Below are positions 1 to 9,377 of a stretch of 64,000 bases of DNA, in pieces. The notes under the pieces are model-generated. The model worked only from the letters and a program-made list of their open reading frames with translations, was not told the origin of the DNA and made no database searches. Both the position numbers and the translations under genes were made by a program. Every line of letters begins with the position of its first letter. Positions within the stretch are counted from its first letter, which is position 1. Source of the stretch: a virus (lineage: Duplodnaviria > Caudoviricetes). The stretch is from the IMG/VR virus record IMGVR_UViG_3300021399_000133, positions 24,988 through 88,987 of that record. One strand, 5' to 3'.

Positions 1-296
1 CTTCACTGAAGAAAAATGGCTTAGGTAAAATTGGTGAATCTGTTTATCAAAGTGGCAAACAGGGTGTAGCCGATGCAAACTATGTACTTCGTGCAAAAAA
101 TATTGCGAAGGCACAACAGCAAAATCTAGCTAACCGAGCTAAAGCAGCAGGTTTTGATAGTTATAAAGCATATCAAAAATCTGGTAAGGCAGGTATTGAT
201 TCACAGGCTGCAATTGCTCAGGCACAAAAGATAGGAGAACGAAATCAACTTTGGAAAGAAGCTGCTCAACAATGGCAAGCTAATCCTATAATTTAA
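1..296 (+). CDS. 3' part of a hypothetical Ala/Gln/Lys-rich protein (begins upstream of the window)
   Basis: Open frame from position 3 (SLKKNGLGKIGESVYQ...QQWQANPII) to TAA at 294-296; composition resembles the neighbouring orphan genes. Confidence 0.7.
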   Translation, partial: SLKKNGLGKIGESVYQSGKQGVADANYVLRAKNIAKAQQQNLANRAKAAGFDSYKAYQKSGKAGIDSQAAIAQAQKIGERNQLWKEAAQQWQANPII

Positions 297-302
297 TCTA
301 AA

Positions 303-1382
303 ATGAGTGAGATAGTTTATAGAGGTCTCAAACTTACCTCTCTTAAAGGTTGTAAATATTTTTCAGTTAAGGAGGGATCCATCTGCTCTTTGGTAGAAAA
401 TCCGTCTACATCAACACTAACCTTGACCTATACGAGTGGTAGTACTTCTCAATCTCTATCAACTGTTTTAGGAATTCCACAGGTCGGTAAAAGTGTAGAG
501 ATGTTACCAACCAATATAGCAAAACGATTCTCTACAACAACAGTGTCTCTGAATGGTTTGAAGTTAAGGAAAATGACTTCAGATACACATACGATCAATA
601 TTATTATTGTTAGTGATTCAGAGTCTAGAGTAGTTCAAACTTATAATTATACGACAATTGTAGTGTCTGACGAAGATGCTGAAAATGAAGAGTTTATCAA
701 TTATATATTCTATTCAGGTAACCTCACATATCTTCAGCCGGTGGGTCCTAAGCCTAAATGTTGGAAGTTTAGAAATTTTCCCAAGATCACTATAAAGGAT
801 AAAGATTTAGTTCTTGAATCTACTTCCACAACTGTTTATTCTCTTCGCCGTCGTTATGATGATTATGTTATTCGAGCAGTTGATTATCAAGACCAATTCA
901 TACTAGAGATCCGAAAAATTCTCAATGATTATGGCTTGGAACTTGTGAGAATGAACAAAGAAACTACTCTAACTAAAACTTCCCACGTTATTTATCAATT
1001 TTCTCAAACTCCGACAAAAATTCATAATCCTTTCTATGCCAATGAGCTAGATGAGGTTATAAGTCAGAGATTACCTGTCGAATTTTATCTTAGAGCGACA
1101 GATATGGTATTGTTCTTTGACTTTAAAAACAAGTATAATAATGTTGATCTCTTAACTAATTTCTGTGAGTTTAAAACGACAGATAAATATGGAAAGAGGT
1201 GGACAGCTGCAATAAAGTGGGGAGGAATAACAGAAGATTTCAATCACTTGTATCAGTCGGATGATAACTCTAATTTCTCGTTTCAGTGTTCTTTTAGATG
1301 TGAACTTTACTTTTATGAATGTATTGATTCGAGATATGAGTTCCTGCAAGAGATAATTTTAAATCTTGACTCAGATTTATGA
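303..1382 (+). CDS. Virion structural protein, possibly tail terminator/sheath stabiliser (T4 gp15-like C-terminal domain)
   Basis: 359-aa ORF. C-terminal pattern PVEFYLRATD...TAAIKWGGITEDF...FQCSFRCELYFY recalls tail-terminator folds; lies in the neck/sheath module. Family call is inference. Confidence 0.35.
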   Translation: MSEIVYRGLKLTSLKGCKYFSVKEGSICSLVENPSTSTLTLTYTSGSTSQSLSTVLGIPQVGKSVEMLPTNIAKRFSTTTVSLNGLKLRKMTSDTHTINIIIVSDSESRVVQTYNYTTIVVSDEDAENEEFINYIFYSGNLTYLQPVGPKPKCWKFRNFPKITIKDKDLVLESTSTTVYSLRRRYDDYVIRAVDYQDQFILEIRKILNDYGLELVRMNKETTLTKTSHVIYQFSQTPTKIHNPFYANELDEVISQRLPVEFYLRATDMVLFFDFKNKYNNVDLLTNFCEFKTTDKYGKRWTAAIKWGGITEDFNHLYQSDDNSNFSFQCSFRCELYFYECIDSRYEFLQEIILNLDSDL

Positions 1383-1756
1383 TAACTTTTAGACAGAAAA
1401 AGACGCTGGTTCAAGACTTAATGCCGGAAGCTATTCAATACCTGAAAGATAATGGCATTGATGTAAAGATTATAACTCCGAAGGAAGCTGACGCAGTCTC
1501 TAGGGTAAACTCTAAAGCTATGGTTCTAGTCTCCTTTAAGAAAAACGAGTTGGGTTATTATCAAATACAAGTTCAAGATAAGGAGTTATATAATTACACG
1601 CAAAAGTTAATCAGAGATATTCTTAGGATGAGAATTACAAATATCGATAGAGAGCATAGAGTGATTACTGCCGAATGTGATCATAAAGGCATTGCTCTTG
1701 ATATTATTGAGGTTCTCGCTAAGAAGTATGATTTATCAGTTGTTTATAAGAAATGA
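1379..1756 (+). CDS. Hypothetical protein with FRQK leader (MITFRQKK), small alpha/beta domain
   Basis: 125-aa ORF with ATGA-type overlaps to both neighbours; leader shared with nearby genes. Confidence 0.8.
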   Translation: MITFRQKKTLVQDLMPEAIQYLKDNGIDVKIITPKEADAVSRVNSKAMVLVSFKKNELGYYQIQVQDKELYNYTQKLIRDILRMRITNIDREHRVITAECDHKGIALDIIEVLAKKYDLSVVYKK

Positions 1757-2352
1757 TTAAGTTCAGACAAAAAACTTTCTCAGAGTATGATGCAATGAGA
1801 AGTTTATATGTTGAATTGATGAAGGATAAGTTTGCAAAGCAGAAATATGGTGTTATTGATTCTAGTGTTCTTATACCAGTACTGAAGGGAAACAATATAG
1901 TCATTGAACGCTTTGTAATATCTACATCATTCGCTCATAAAGATACTTATCGGATGTACCTTAAGATTGGAGCTAAAGCTAAGTTACCTGATGAAGTTAG
2001 ATTGCCTGGGAAAACTCAATATAAGCCCATTGGCGGTATTAACTTTAATCTTAGTGGATCAACTACTCAGAAACAATTTAGTGATGAAAGTTCTACGCCT
2101 CTATTTCGTCAAAAAGTATTCGGAGGAGGTGGAGGAGATAAGAAGAAAACATTCCCACTAGTTTCAGGTAACTATCAAGGTCCTAATGTCAACTTTGGTG
2201 TAGAAGTAACTAAGTTGTTAGGTGAAGCGATTAAGTATGATAAGAGAGAGCGTAGTCTGGTGTTGGAATTTGACAGTATTGAAGATGCTATTAAAGCTCT
2301 GAATATCCTTCCTTTTGGCATTAATTATAAGATATATTTACTTAACGCATGA
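1753..2352 (+). CDS. Hypothetical protein with FRQK leader (MIKFRQKTFS) and internal motif copies
   Basis: 199-aa ORF; internal QKQFS, FRQKVFG and KKTFP in a Gly-rich loop. Confidence 0.8.
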   Translation: MIKFRQKTFSEYDAMRSLYVELMKDKFAKQKYGVIDSSVLIPVLKGNNIVIERFVISTSFAHKDTYRMYLKIGAKAKLPDEVRLPGKTQYKPIGGINFNLSGSTTQKQFSDESSTPLFRQKVFGGGGGDKKKTFPLVSGNYQGPNVNFGVEVTKLLGEAIKYDKRERSLVLEFDSIEDAIKALNILPFGINYKIYLLNA

Positions 2353-2570
2353 TGAAGATAAAAAGATTCTCTGCCACTAAAATTCTTAACACAAATATGG
2401 GTTTAGGATTTAGACGTGGGCGGAAGTATGATACTGACTTAGATCGACTGGGTAGAATGGATACTTCGCAGAGAGAACTTTCTAGAGTCAATCAGTTAGG
2501 TAGTGAAATGAGGAAACTCAGATCAGAATTAAATAATGAGAGGTTAGGAATATGGCAACATACAGACTAA
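2349..2570 (+). CDS. Small basic hypothetical protein (MMKIKRFS leader variant)
   Basis: 73-aa ORF coupled to both neighbours. Confidence 0.7.
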   Translation: MMKIKRFSATKILNTNMGLGFRRGRKYDTDLDRLGRMDTSQRELSRVNQLGSEMRKLRSELNNERLGIWQHTD

Positions 2571-2884
2571 GAAGAAAAACATTTGGTATGGCAGATGCTG
2601 GTCAAAGAGCTGCTGGTGGTGCAATGGAGGGTATTGGAAAAACAATGGACTCTAACTTGGGTGGTGTTGCTGGTGGTATAGCCGGTGCTGCAACTGTCGG
2701 CTCTGCAATAGGTGCAGGTCTTGGCTCAGCAATAGGCTCAGTTGTTCCAGTTGTAGGTACAGCAATTGGTGGTACTGTTGGTGGAGCTCTCGGTACTGGT
2801 CTCGGTTATATGGCTGGCTCTAAAGTAACTAGAGGAGTCGGTCAAGCTCTTACTGAGTCTGGTCAGGATTTACAAGCAGTTTAA
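2552..2884 (+). CDS. Glycine-zipper membrane-type protein (MATYRLRRKTFG leader)
   Basis: 110 aa, dominated by GxxxG repeats (GGVAGGIAGAATVGSAIGAGLGSAIGSVVPVVGTAIGGTVGGALGTGLG). Confidence 0.75.
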   Translation: MATYRLRRKTFGMADAGQRAAGGAMEGIGKTMDSNLGGVAGGIAGAATVGSAIGAGLGSAIGSVVPVVGTAIGGTVGGALGTGLGYMAGSKVTRGVGQALTESGQDLQAV

Positions 2885-2888
2885 TATT

Positions 2889-3953
2889 ATGATAAGGTTT
2901 AGACAGAAAAATTATAATGCGGCTGCTATTATGACTGGACTGAATGTTCTTGGTTTGGGTGCTACTGGTGCTCAAATGATTCAAGCAGATCAACAAGGAA
3001 AAGAGCAAGAGGCACAGTCAAAAGCAATGGAAGAGCAGATGAAAAGACAAAACAAAGCACTAGAACGTATTGCCCGAAATTCCGCCAAGAATCCTAGAGC
3101 CGCACAACAAGCAGCCGAAGTTGTTTCTCAAAAAGGTTTTTCTAGTAAAGGACACTATATTCTAAAGAGATTTGGTGTTCCGGCCACTGCAGTAAAGAAT
3201 CTTTTTAGCTGGAATAATATAAAAGGCTTGGGAAAAGATTTAGGCAATGTTGTTTGGAATAATAAGAAAACTATTGCTGGATGGGGAACAATGGGAGCAG
3301 GTATTGCTGGTGGTTCTTATATTGCTAATAAGGCAATTCAAAATGATATGGAGAAACATGGAATTGAATTACCTAACAACAATCAACAAAAAGCTTATTC
3401 TGCTGAAGGAACCTTAATTGGTAACTCTTTTAAAACAGGTTTAGGCAAAATTGGTGGTGTTGCTAGTGGTTTAGGTTTTGGTGCAATATCTCCAACTATG
3501 TCTTATTTATCAGAACGCCAGGCTCTTATTGATCAAGCAAACCAAACACGACAGACAGCAAATAATACTAATACGCCTCCTAAATTTAGACAGAAGCAGT
3601 ATGGAATGGCTATGCCTTTGAGGAGTATTGCTAAAGGTTTTCGTGCTTTTAAAAGAAACCCAATGCAAAGTATATTAGGAACGGCTTCTTCCTTTTCTGG
3701 AACTGGTGGAGTGAAAGGATATAACAGTTTTGCAAATAGCTTAGCAAATTCAACTAACAGTGAATTATCTCAGGCTGCAGGTAATTGGTTGAAAAATCAT
3801 AAAACTTTAGGATTAGCTGGAACAACTGTAATAGGCGGTTCAGCCCTTGGAAGTGTTTATTCAGCCGGAGATAAAGCAGTTAGAGGAACAGCTAATGCAC
3901 TTGATCCAAATGCTTTCGCTTATGAAAACTCTAAACAGCAACAAATTCAGTAA
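2889..3953 (+). CDS. Gly/Ala-rich multi-segment protein with FRQK leader (candidate internal virion protein)
   Basis: 354 aa; MIRFRQKNYN leader plus four internal motif copies separating amphipathic Gly-rich segments. Confidence 0.75.
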   Translation: MIRFRQKNYNAAAIMTGLNVLGLGATGAQMIQADQQGKEQEAQSKAMEEQMKRQNKALERIARNSAKNPRAAQQAAEVVSQKGFSSKGHYILKRFGVPATAVKNLFSWNNIKGLGKDLGNVVWNNKKTIAGWGTMGAGIAGGSYIANKAIQNDMEKHGIELPNNNQQKAYSAEGTLIGNSFKTGLGKIGGVASGLGFGAISPTMSYLSERQALIDQANQTRQTANNTNTPPKFRQKQYGMAMPLRSIAKGFRAFKRNPMQSILGTASSFSGTGGVKGYNSFANSLANSTNSELSQAAGNWLKNHKTLGLAGTTVIGGSALGSVYSAGDKAVRGTANALDPNAFAYENSKQQQIQ

Positions 3954-3956
3954 GCT

Positions 3957-5579
3957 ATGATTAAATTTAAGCAAAAAGAATATAATGAGGCTGTCGGAGT
4001 AGGAAAGAAGGTTATCAATTTAATTAAAAAGAATCCACTTCAAACGGCAAGTCTTGGAGTTGCTACTGCTGGTTTAGGTGTTCAAGTACATAGATCTACT
4101 CGAGACAGAAGCTACCAAAAAGATCAGTTAAAAGCAATGAATAACCTTACAAATTCTCTTGGTAAAGTTGACAGATCTTTTAAAGACTTAGGAAAAAAGG
4201 AAGTTGACCGAGAGAAAAAAATGGATGATATGATGAAGAAATTTAGGCTCTTTTCTATTCAGGACGGTGGTTACAAAGGAGGCAAGCGTAGTGCCGGTGG
4301 TATTCGGCCGGTTTTAGTTGGTGCTGGTGTAGGTGGAGCCCTCGGCGGAATCATGGGTGGAGTTGGTGAAAAAACTTCAATAGGCGTCGGAGCATTAATT
4401 GGTGCTGGTCTTGGAGCATTTGTTGGCTGGATGTCTAGTTTGGCCGATAAGAGTGTTTTCAATACTGGTGGATCAACCAATGCAAACTCCTATCTCCTAA
4501 TTAAAGCCATTGAGGAAGCTTATCAGCCTAATTCTTATGATGAAGATGAAACGACTATCTCTGAAACTACAACTGACGAATATGGTCACAGTAGAACAGT
4601 AACAAGAAGAACACAGAATAACAAGAAAGAGGTACCAAATCCTAGGGGTATTGTCTTTGATGTTGATGGTGACCCGAGACGTTATGTAGTGTCAGTCCTT
4701 TATACTGGTAATGTTTTGGTTATGTTCATTAATAATCCAAACAATTATGAGTTAAGAACATTGAACACCCTTCTTGACAGTTATTGCTACGCATATAAGA
4801 ACGCAGACTATTATTCGAATAAAGTTTCTAAAAATGTTTATACTGTTGATGTTAATGTTGTGGCTGGTACTGAAACCTATCTTGCTCAAAAGATAATTGA
4901 AAGTGGTATCAAGATCAATATTGTAACAGGAAACAAATTTAATACAAAATTTAGACAGAAGAATAATAGTGTTTTAACTGATACTATTACTGGGGCTACG
5001 ATTGGTGCTACTGCTGGTGGTTTTACTGGTTCTGTATTTAGAGATAAAACTAAACAAGTTTTTGGAATAAATCAGAATAATAAAAACGGTGATCAGTTAG
5101 CAGCATTGGCAGCTATTGGAACTGGTACTATTATTGGAGCTGCTCTCGGTTTCTTAGGTGGATCTATTAAGGAGGTAGCTACTAAATACAATCGTAAAAA
5201 CAGTGTTGATCAAAGACTTATGAAGGACGTTGTTGAAAACCTTAAGAAATCTAATCTTAAGGAAGGTACACAATTTACTAGAGATCCGAAACAAGCAACT
5301 ACTCTTAAGACGAAGATTAGTATTGTAATTTCTAAGGTTTCTGGTGAGCTTCGTCTTTTGGTTAACACTGTTGCAGATCCTAAACTTGAGAGATTGACTA
5401 AGCAAATGGAGAAGAATATTCCTAACACTAGCGTAGTTAATCATCATGTATCAGATAAATTTAACGATATAACTATTTCAACAATATCAGATTCTTCAGC
5501 AGATTCTGGATTAATTGCAGGCATTGCAGAATTCTATATTCGCAACGGTTACCCAGTATATCTTGTTGAAGTAGGATAA
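3957..5579 (+). CDS. Glycine-zipper plus alpha/beta-domain protein with FRQK-type leader
   Basis: 540 aa; MIKFKQKEYN leader; two glycine zippers, each followed by a globular domain; internal KKFRLFS and KFRQKNNS. Confidence 0.75.
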   Translation: MIKFKQKEYNEAVGVGKKVINLIKKNPLQTASLGVATAGLGVQVHRSTRDRSYQKDQLKAMNNLTNSLGKVDRSFKDLGKKEVDREKKMDDMMKKFRLFSIQDGGYKGGKRSAGGIRPVLVGAGVGGALGGIMGGVGEKTSIGVGALIGAGLGAFVGWMSSLADKSVFNTGGSTNANSYLLIKAIEEAYQPNSYDEDETTISETTTDEYGHSRTVTRRTQNNKKEVPNPRGIVFDVDGDPRRYVVSVLYTGNVLVMFINNPNNYELRTLNTLLDSYCYAYKNADYYSNKVSKNVYTVDVNVVAGTETYLAQKIIESGIKINIVTGNKFNTKFRQKNNSVLTDTITGATIGATAGGFTGSVFRDKTKQVFGINQNNKNGDQLAALAAIGTGTIIGAALGFLGGSIKEVATKYNRKNSVDQRLMKDVVENLKKSNLKEGTQFTRDPKQATTLKTKISIVISKVSGELRLLVNTVADPKLERLTKQMEKNIPNTSVVNHHVSDKFNDITISTISDSSADSGLIAGIAEFYIRNGYPVYLVEVG

Positions 5580-5604
5580 TTAATTTCATATAATTAATAA
5601 TCAC

Positions 5605-7947
5605 ATGGCACAATGGATTAGAACTTCTGAGCCCTATATTAAGGTTCAGGAACAAATTCGCCAAGTTGCTCTTAACCCGGTTGCTGGCGAAGATCTTATT
5701 ATCGGTGTTGTTTTGATTTCTGACGCAGGTCCAGCAGCTCCTACTCTTATTTCTAATCAGTCGGAGTTCTTGGCAACTTATACTAGTCAGGACGTTACAC
5801 GCGATTATCTTGCTTCTCTGAATATGCTTTATAGTGGTGATGATTCCACTTTGGCTTCTCGGATGTGGGCAAATGGTTATCGTCTGGCCGGTTCTAATAC
5901 GCTTTTGGTAGTTCGTGCATCAAAGGCAAAAGATACTTTCTTTGCAAAACCGCTTCAGAAGGATGATCAAAATACTTATGTACTCCGTGATGGTGAGCTC
6001 CTGAAGTCCCTGCCAAAAGTAAAACTGGTATTGGATGTAAATGGAATGTCTGCTAGTCACGAAGGTACTGGTTGGGCTATTAATATCAGCGGTGTTGGTA
6101 TTTTTGGTAATCTCACAACAGATGAAGGTGCTCAATATGACTACTATGTTAATAACTTGGTAGACTTGGTAGAGAGCTTGAATGAAAGTTCTAAGTTTTA
6201 TTCTCCCTCTTTTGAGTTCTTCACTGATGCTGCCGCTCAAGAGAAGATTGACGTAAATAGTGACTCTTCGGATGCTGATAAGGCTAAGGTTGTGTCGGTT
6301 GTATTCAATGAGCTCTATCTTGGTTCTTATGTTCTTGACACTAGTGATCAGAGAGTTCCTGACGGTTTGGCTATGATGAACTTCTGCACGGGTGGCTCTT
6401 ATACTGCTGATACTATTATTGATATTAATGGTGCAGCTTGGTCCGGTTTTGAGCCTGCCGAGTTCTATGCTATTAATGCCAATAACTCAGCTACTACTCT
6501 TAGAGTTCGTATTCGTCGTTTCAATCATGATGCAGTTGTTCAGAAGGAATTGGCAGACTCTGAGGTATCTTCACTGACAGAAAGTGGCAAGTCTCCTTAT
6601 ACTGTTTTGACTGATGTTCTTGATACTTTCACACAGAAGGGAACAGTTGAACCAAGCGACTCTATTAAGGCTCGTGACTTCTTTGAGATTGCTGTATGGG
6701 ATCCAAGTGTAAATTCTGAGGTTAGCTTCTTTAACATTGGCAATATTACTGGTCGTGGTGATATGGAAGTTAGTGAGGTTAACAGTCTTATTCAGATGAT
6801 TCAGGTATCTCTCCCTGATGACCTCCATGATCTGGGTCTTAACTACTATGATTATGTTGAGGATGATAAGAAAACAGTTTATGTATGGGAAGAGGCAGAG
6901 CTCCCAGCAGGTGCATCAGCTGAACGTAAGACTACACTCCCAACGGCAAGTGAAGCATGGGTTGGTAAGTATGTAACTATTGATAATGGTGAAACTTACT
7001 TTACTTGTGTTAGTAATGAGGATCAACCCAATGGCGCAGGTCAACTTTATGCAAATCTGACTATTGATCCTACTGAGTCTAGCATTCTTGATATTAGTGA
7101 CTCTGATTTGAAGAAGGCTTTAGATGAGATTGTACTTGATGAGGTTTATACTGTTGAAGGTCTGTCCGATCTTGGTAATACAGAGCTTTCTTTCCAGAAC
7201 TATATGGCAAATGTAGCTATCAACAGCAACTACTTCTATCCAATTTCGACTGCTAATAGTACTAACTATATGACTATTGGTAATCAAGCAACTAAGATTC
7301 CACAGGATTCTTATAAGCTTTACATGTCGGCTCCTTGGGATATCGACTCTGGTACTCTTGGTTGGAAGTATTATGCATCTCCATCAGTTCTGTATTGGGA
7401 GGCTGTTGCTAGAAACCGTAGAAACAATGAAGAGTTTGCATCTATTCTTGGTTCTAGATACGGTGTAGTTCAGTATTCTCGTCCTGTTACTGAGTTTAAT
7501 AAGAAACAGCGTGAACTCCTTCTTAGCAAGCGAGTTAATACTGTGCTTTGGAATGTTCCTACTCAAGCTTGGAATATGAATGATTGCTTTACTAAGACTT
7601 CTCAGAATAACATCATGAACGAAGATGGTAATTCTCGTCTTGGTATTAGAATTGGCAAAGCTATTCCTATTCTCCTCAGACAGTTCATTGGTCGTAAGAT
7701 TAACCAGAAGATGTGTGATGAGATGCTTAGTGTTCTTGAGTACTGGTTCAAGACTACTATTCTTCCAATGGGTATTACTGTAGATGCTTATCAGATCTTC
7801 GTACCATATAAGGAGGAATTGGCTCGTCAGAATAAACAGCAAGTAACGGTTAATGTTAGATTCGCAAGATCGTTGAAGTATGTAAACGTTTATGAGGACT
7901 ACTATGATGTTGGCATGGATGTTTCTACAGACTATCACAATCTTTAA
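5605..7947 (+). CDS. Contractile tail sheath protein (paralog 1)
   Basis: 780 aa. N-terminal PTLISNQSEFLATY; C-terminal KKQRELLLSKRVNTV...SRLGIRI...VTVNVRFARSLKYVNV typical of sheath C-terminal domains; followed by a terminator-like hairpin. Confidence 0.85.
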   Translation: MAQWIRTSEPYIKVQEQIRQVALNPVAGEDLIIGVVLISDAGPAAPTLISNQSEFLATYTSQDVTRDYLASLNMLYSGDDSTLASRMWANGYRLAGSNTLLVVRASKAKDTFFAKPLQKDDQNTYVLRDGELLKSLPKVKLVLDVNGMSASHEGTGWAINISGVGIFGNLTTDEGAQYDYYVNNLVDLVESLNESSKFYSPSFEFFTDAAAQEKIDVNSDSSDADKAKVVSVVFNELYLGSYVLDTSDQRVPDGLAMMNFCTGGSYTADTIIDINGAAWSGFEPAEFYAINANNSATTLRVRIRRFNHDAVVQKELADSEVSSLTESGKSPYTVLTDVLDTFTQKGTVEPSDSIKARDFFEIAVWDPSVNSEVSFFNIGNITGRGDMEVSEVNSLIQMIQVSLPDDLHDLGLNYYDYVEDDKKTVYVWEEAELPAGASAERKTTLPTASEAWVGKYVTIDNGETYFTCVSNEDQPNGAGQLYANLTIDPTESSILDISDSDLKKALDEIVLDEVYTVEGLSDLGNTELSFQNYMANVAINSNYFYPISTANSTNYMTIGNQATKIPQDSYKLYMSAPWDIDSGTLGWKYYASPSVLYWEAVARNRRNNEEFASILGSRYGVVQYSRPVTEFNKKQRELLLSKRVNTVLWNVPTQAWNMNDCFTKTSQNNIMNEDGNSRLGIRIGKAIPILLRQFIGRKINQKMCDEMLSVLEYWFKTTILPMGITVDAYQIFVPYKEELARQNKQQVTVNVRFARSLKYVNVYEDYYDVGMDVSTDYHNL

Positions 7948-7956
7948 TTAATATAA

Positions 7957-8009
7957 GGAGGGATTTTATGATTTCGGAAGATTCGGGTTGTAAAGTCCCT
8001 CCCTATTTT
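7957..8009 (+). terminator. Intrinsic terminator-like hairpin after sheath 1
   Basis: GGAGGGATTTTATGA (7957-7971) pairs with TTGTAAAGTCCCTCC (7988-8002): 15 bp with 3 G:U, then CTATTTTC. Confidence 0.6.
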
Positions 8010-8095
8010 CTCTTACTCACTAGATAAAGAACTTTAGTAGTGCTATAGTTCTGAGTAAGATTATAGCAAATTGAACACGTAAAACTATTTCTAAC

Positions 8096-8845
8096 ATGGA
8101 TAAAGTCTTATTAACTGATCTTAAGAGGAAAGTATTTATTCGTACCTCTTTGATCGCTATTCCCTCTCTCGATGAAATTCTGGGGTTGAATGATTATCTT
8201 TCCGCAGATGAGATCCTGTTGGAAATATTTAAGAAAGCATTGAGAGAGTATGAAAACACGGTTCCTTTAATCCTTGAAATGAAAATTAACAAGGAGCAGA
8301 TGAGCACGTGTTATGGTATGGATGGATTCTTTGAAGTAAAATCTAACTTTACCCTATGGCTGGACTGTATGATATCGGAAGACCAGATTATTCTAGTTCC
8401 TAATTCTCTTCCACAATGGAGAATCTGTAGTAATGGACTTGGAACTTCCTCTTATCCTACTCCTGGCGCATGGACTTATTTTACTGAGTATAGAAAACCT
8501 TATCTCTTCATGGGGGATATGCCATCTGAGTACCAATTTTTTATGAGAGGTATCTGTTCTAGACCTATTGTACCCGACTTTAGACCAGATAAAACATTTA
8601 ATCCTGATTCTCAAAAAGCCGCTATCTATTGGCTTGATGTAGAGAATGGAGCAAGAGGTAATTTCTTTATGGACCTGGTAATGTGTCATGTATTAGACTA
8701 TATCAGACAGTTGAAAGCCTCTATAACATTACCAACTATGAGTGTAGATGTACTAGGAAACGTTGATGCTGCCTATCAGGATCTTAGACAAAGAACTGAG
8801 GCTTACATCTTACAATCTAGCTGGTATGGGGAACTTTTATACTAA
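8096..8845 (+). CDS. Putative neck/head-tail adaptor protein (T4 gp13-like)
   Basis: 249 aa; ILLEIFKKALREYENTVP helix pattern, size and position in the neck module. Inference. Confidence 0.45.
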   Translation: MDKVLLTDLKRKVFIRTSLIAIPSLDEILGLNDYLSADEILLEIFKKALREYENTVPLILEMKINKEQMSTCYGMDGFFEVKSNFTLWLDCMISEDQIILVPNSLPQWRICSNGLGTSSYPTPGAWTYFTEYRKPYLFMGDMPSEYQFFMRGICSRPIVPDFRPDKTFNPDSQKAAIYWLDVENGARGNFFMDLVMCHVLDYIRQLKASITLPTMSVDVLGNVDAAYQDLRQRTEAYILQSSWYGELLY

Positions 8846-8852
8846 GTTTATA

Positions 8853-9377
8853 ATGATAGTACAAAGACAAAGATGTTATACGGGCCTAGTAAAGAAAGTT
8901 TCGGCAAAGACTCAACGAAGTATATTAAATAAAGCTGAACAATTTTTTAAATCTAAGCCCGGCCAAACATATCTCAAACATCAACTAAAAGCAAGAGAAT
9001 CTGCCCTAGGAAAAGAACTATTAAAAAGATCTGGTAATGTAGAGTCTGGTATGGCTACATTAAGTGGAATAGTAAAGGGGGCTCCATATAATCCAGGAAA
9101 GACTACTAAAGAATTGATTGGTTATGGAATTAAACATCCAGAAGTAGCCTTTGGAGAAGCCGCAGACAAAGCGTTAGGTGTAATAGTGCCCGCCTATAAT
9201 GCTTCACCAGTACCCGTTGGAAAAGCTATTGCATTTGCTTATCCCACTAAAAATCGATATTTTAGATTGGCCGGTCAAAGATGGAATACAGGTGGCGCAG
9301 GAAGAGTCGTTGAACAAGGAATTAACTCAGCCGCTTTGAGTGCTGGGAGACTAGGAAATTCAATACCAATGTTATGA
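8853..9377 (+). CDS. Basic Gly/Ala-rich protein with leader variant MIVQRQRCYT
   Basis: Track ORF 8763..9377. ATG at 8853 follows the upstream stop (8845) and gives the family leader, so it is the likelier start. Confidence 0.7.
   Translation: MIVQRQRCYTGLVKKVSAKTQRSILNKAEQFFKSKPGQTYLKHQLKARESALGKELLKRSGNVESGMATLSGIVKGAPYNPGKTTKELIGYGIKHPEVAFGEAADKALGVIVPAYNASPVPVGKAIAFAYPTKNRYFRLAGQRWNTGGAGRVVEQGINSAALSAGRLGNSIPML

Noticed and set aside
8064-8085. AAATTGAACACG as a third copy of the bipartite promoter
   Set aside because: Only a partial match to the upstream box, with no TTATAnnTGA at the 21-nt spacing.
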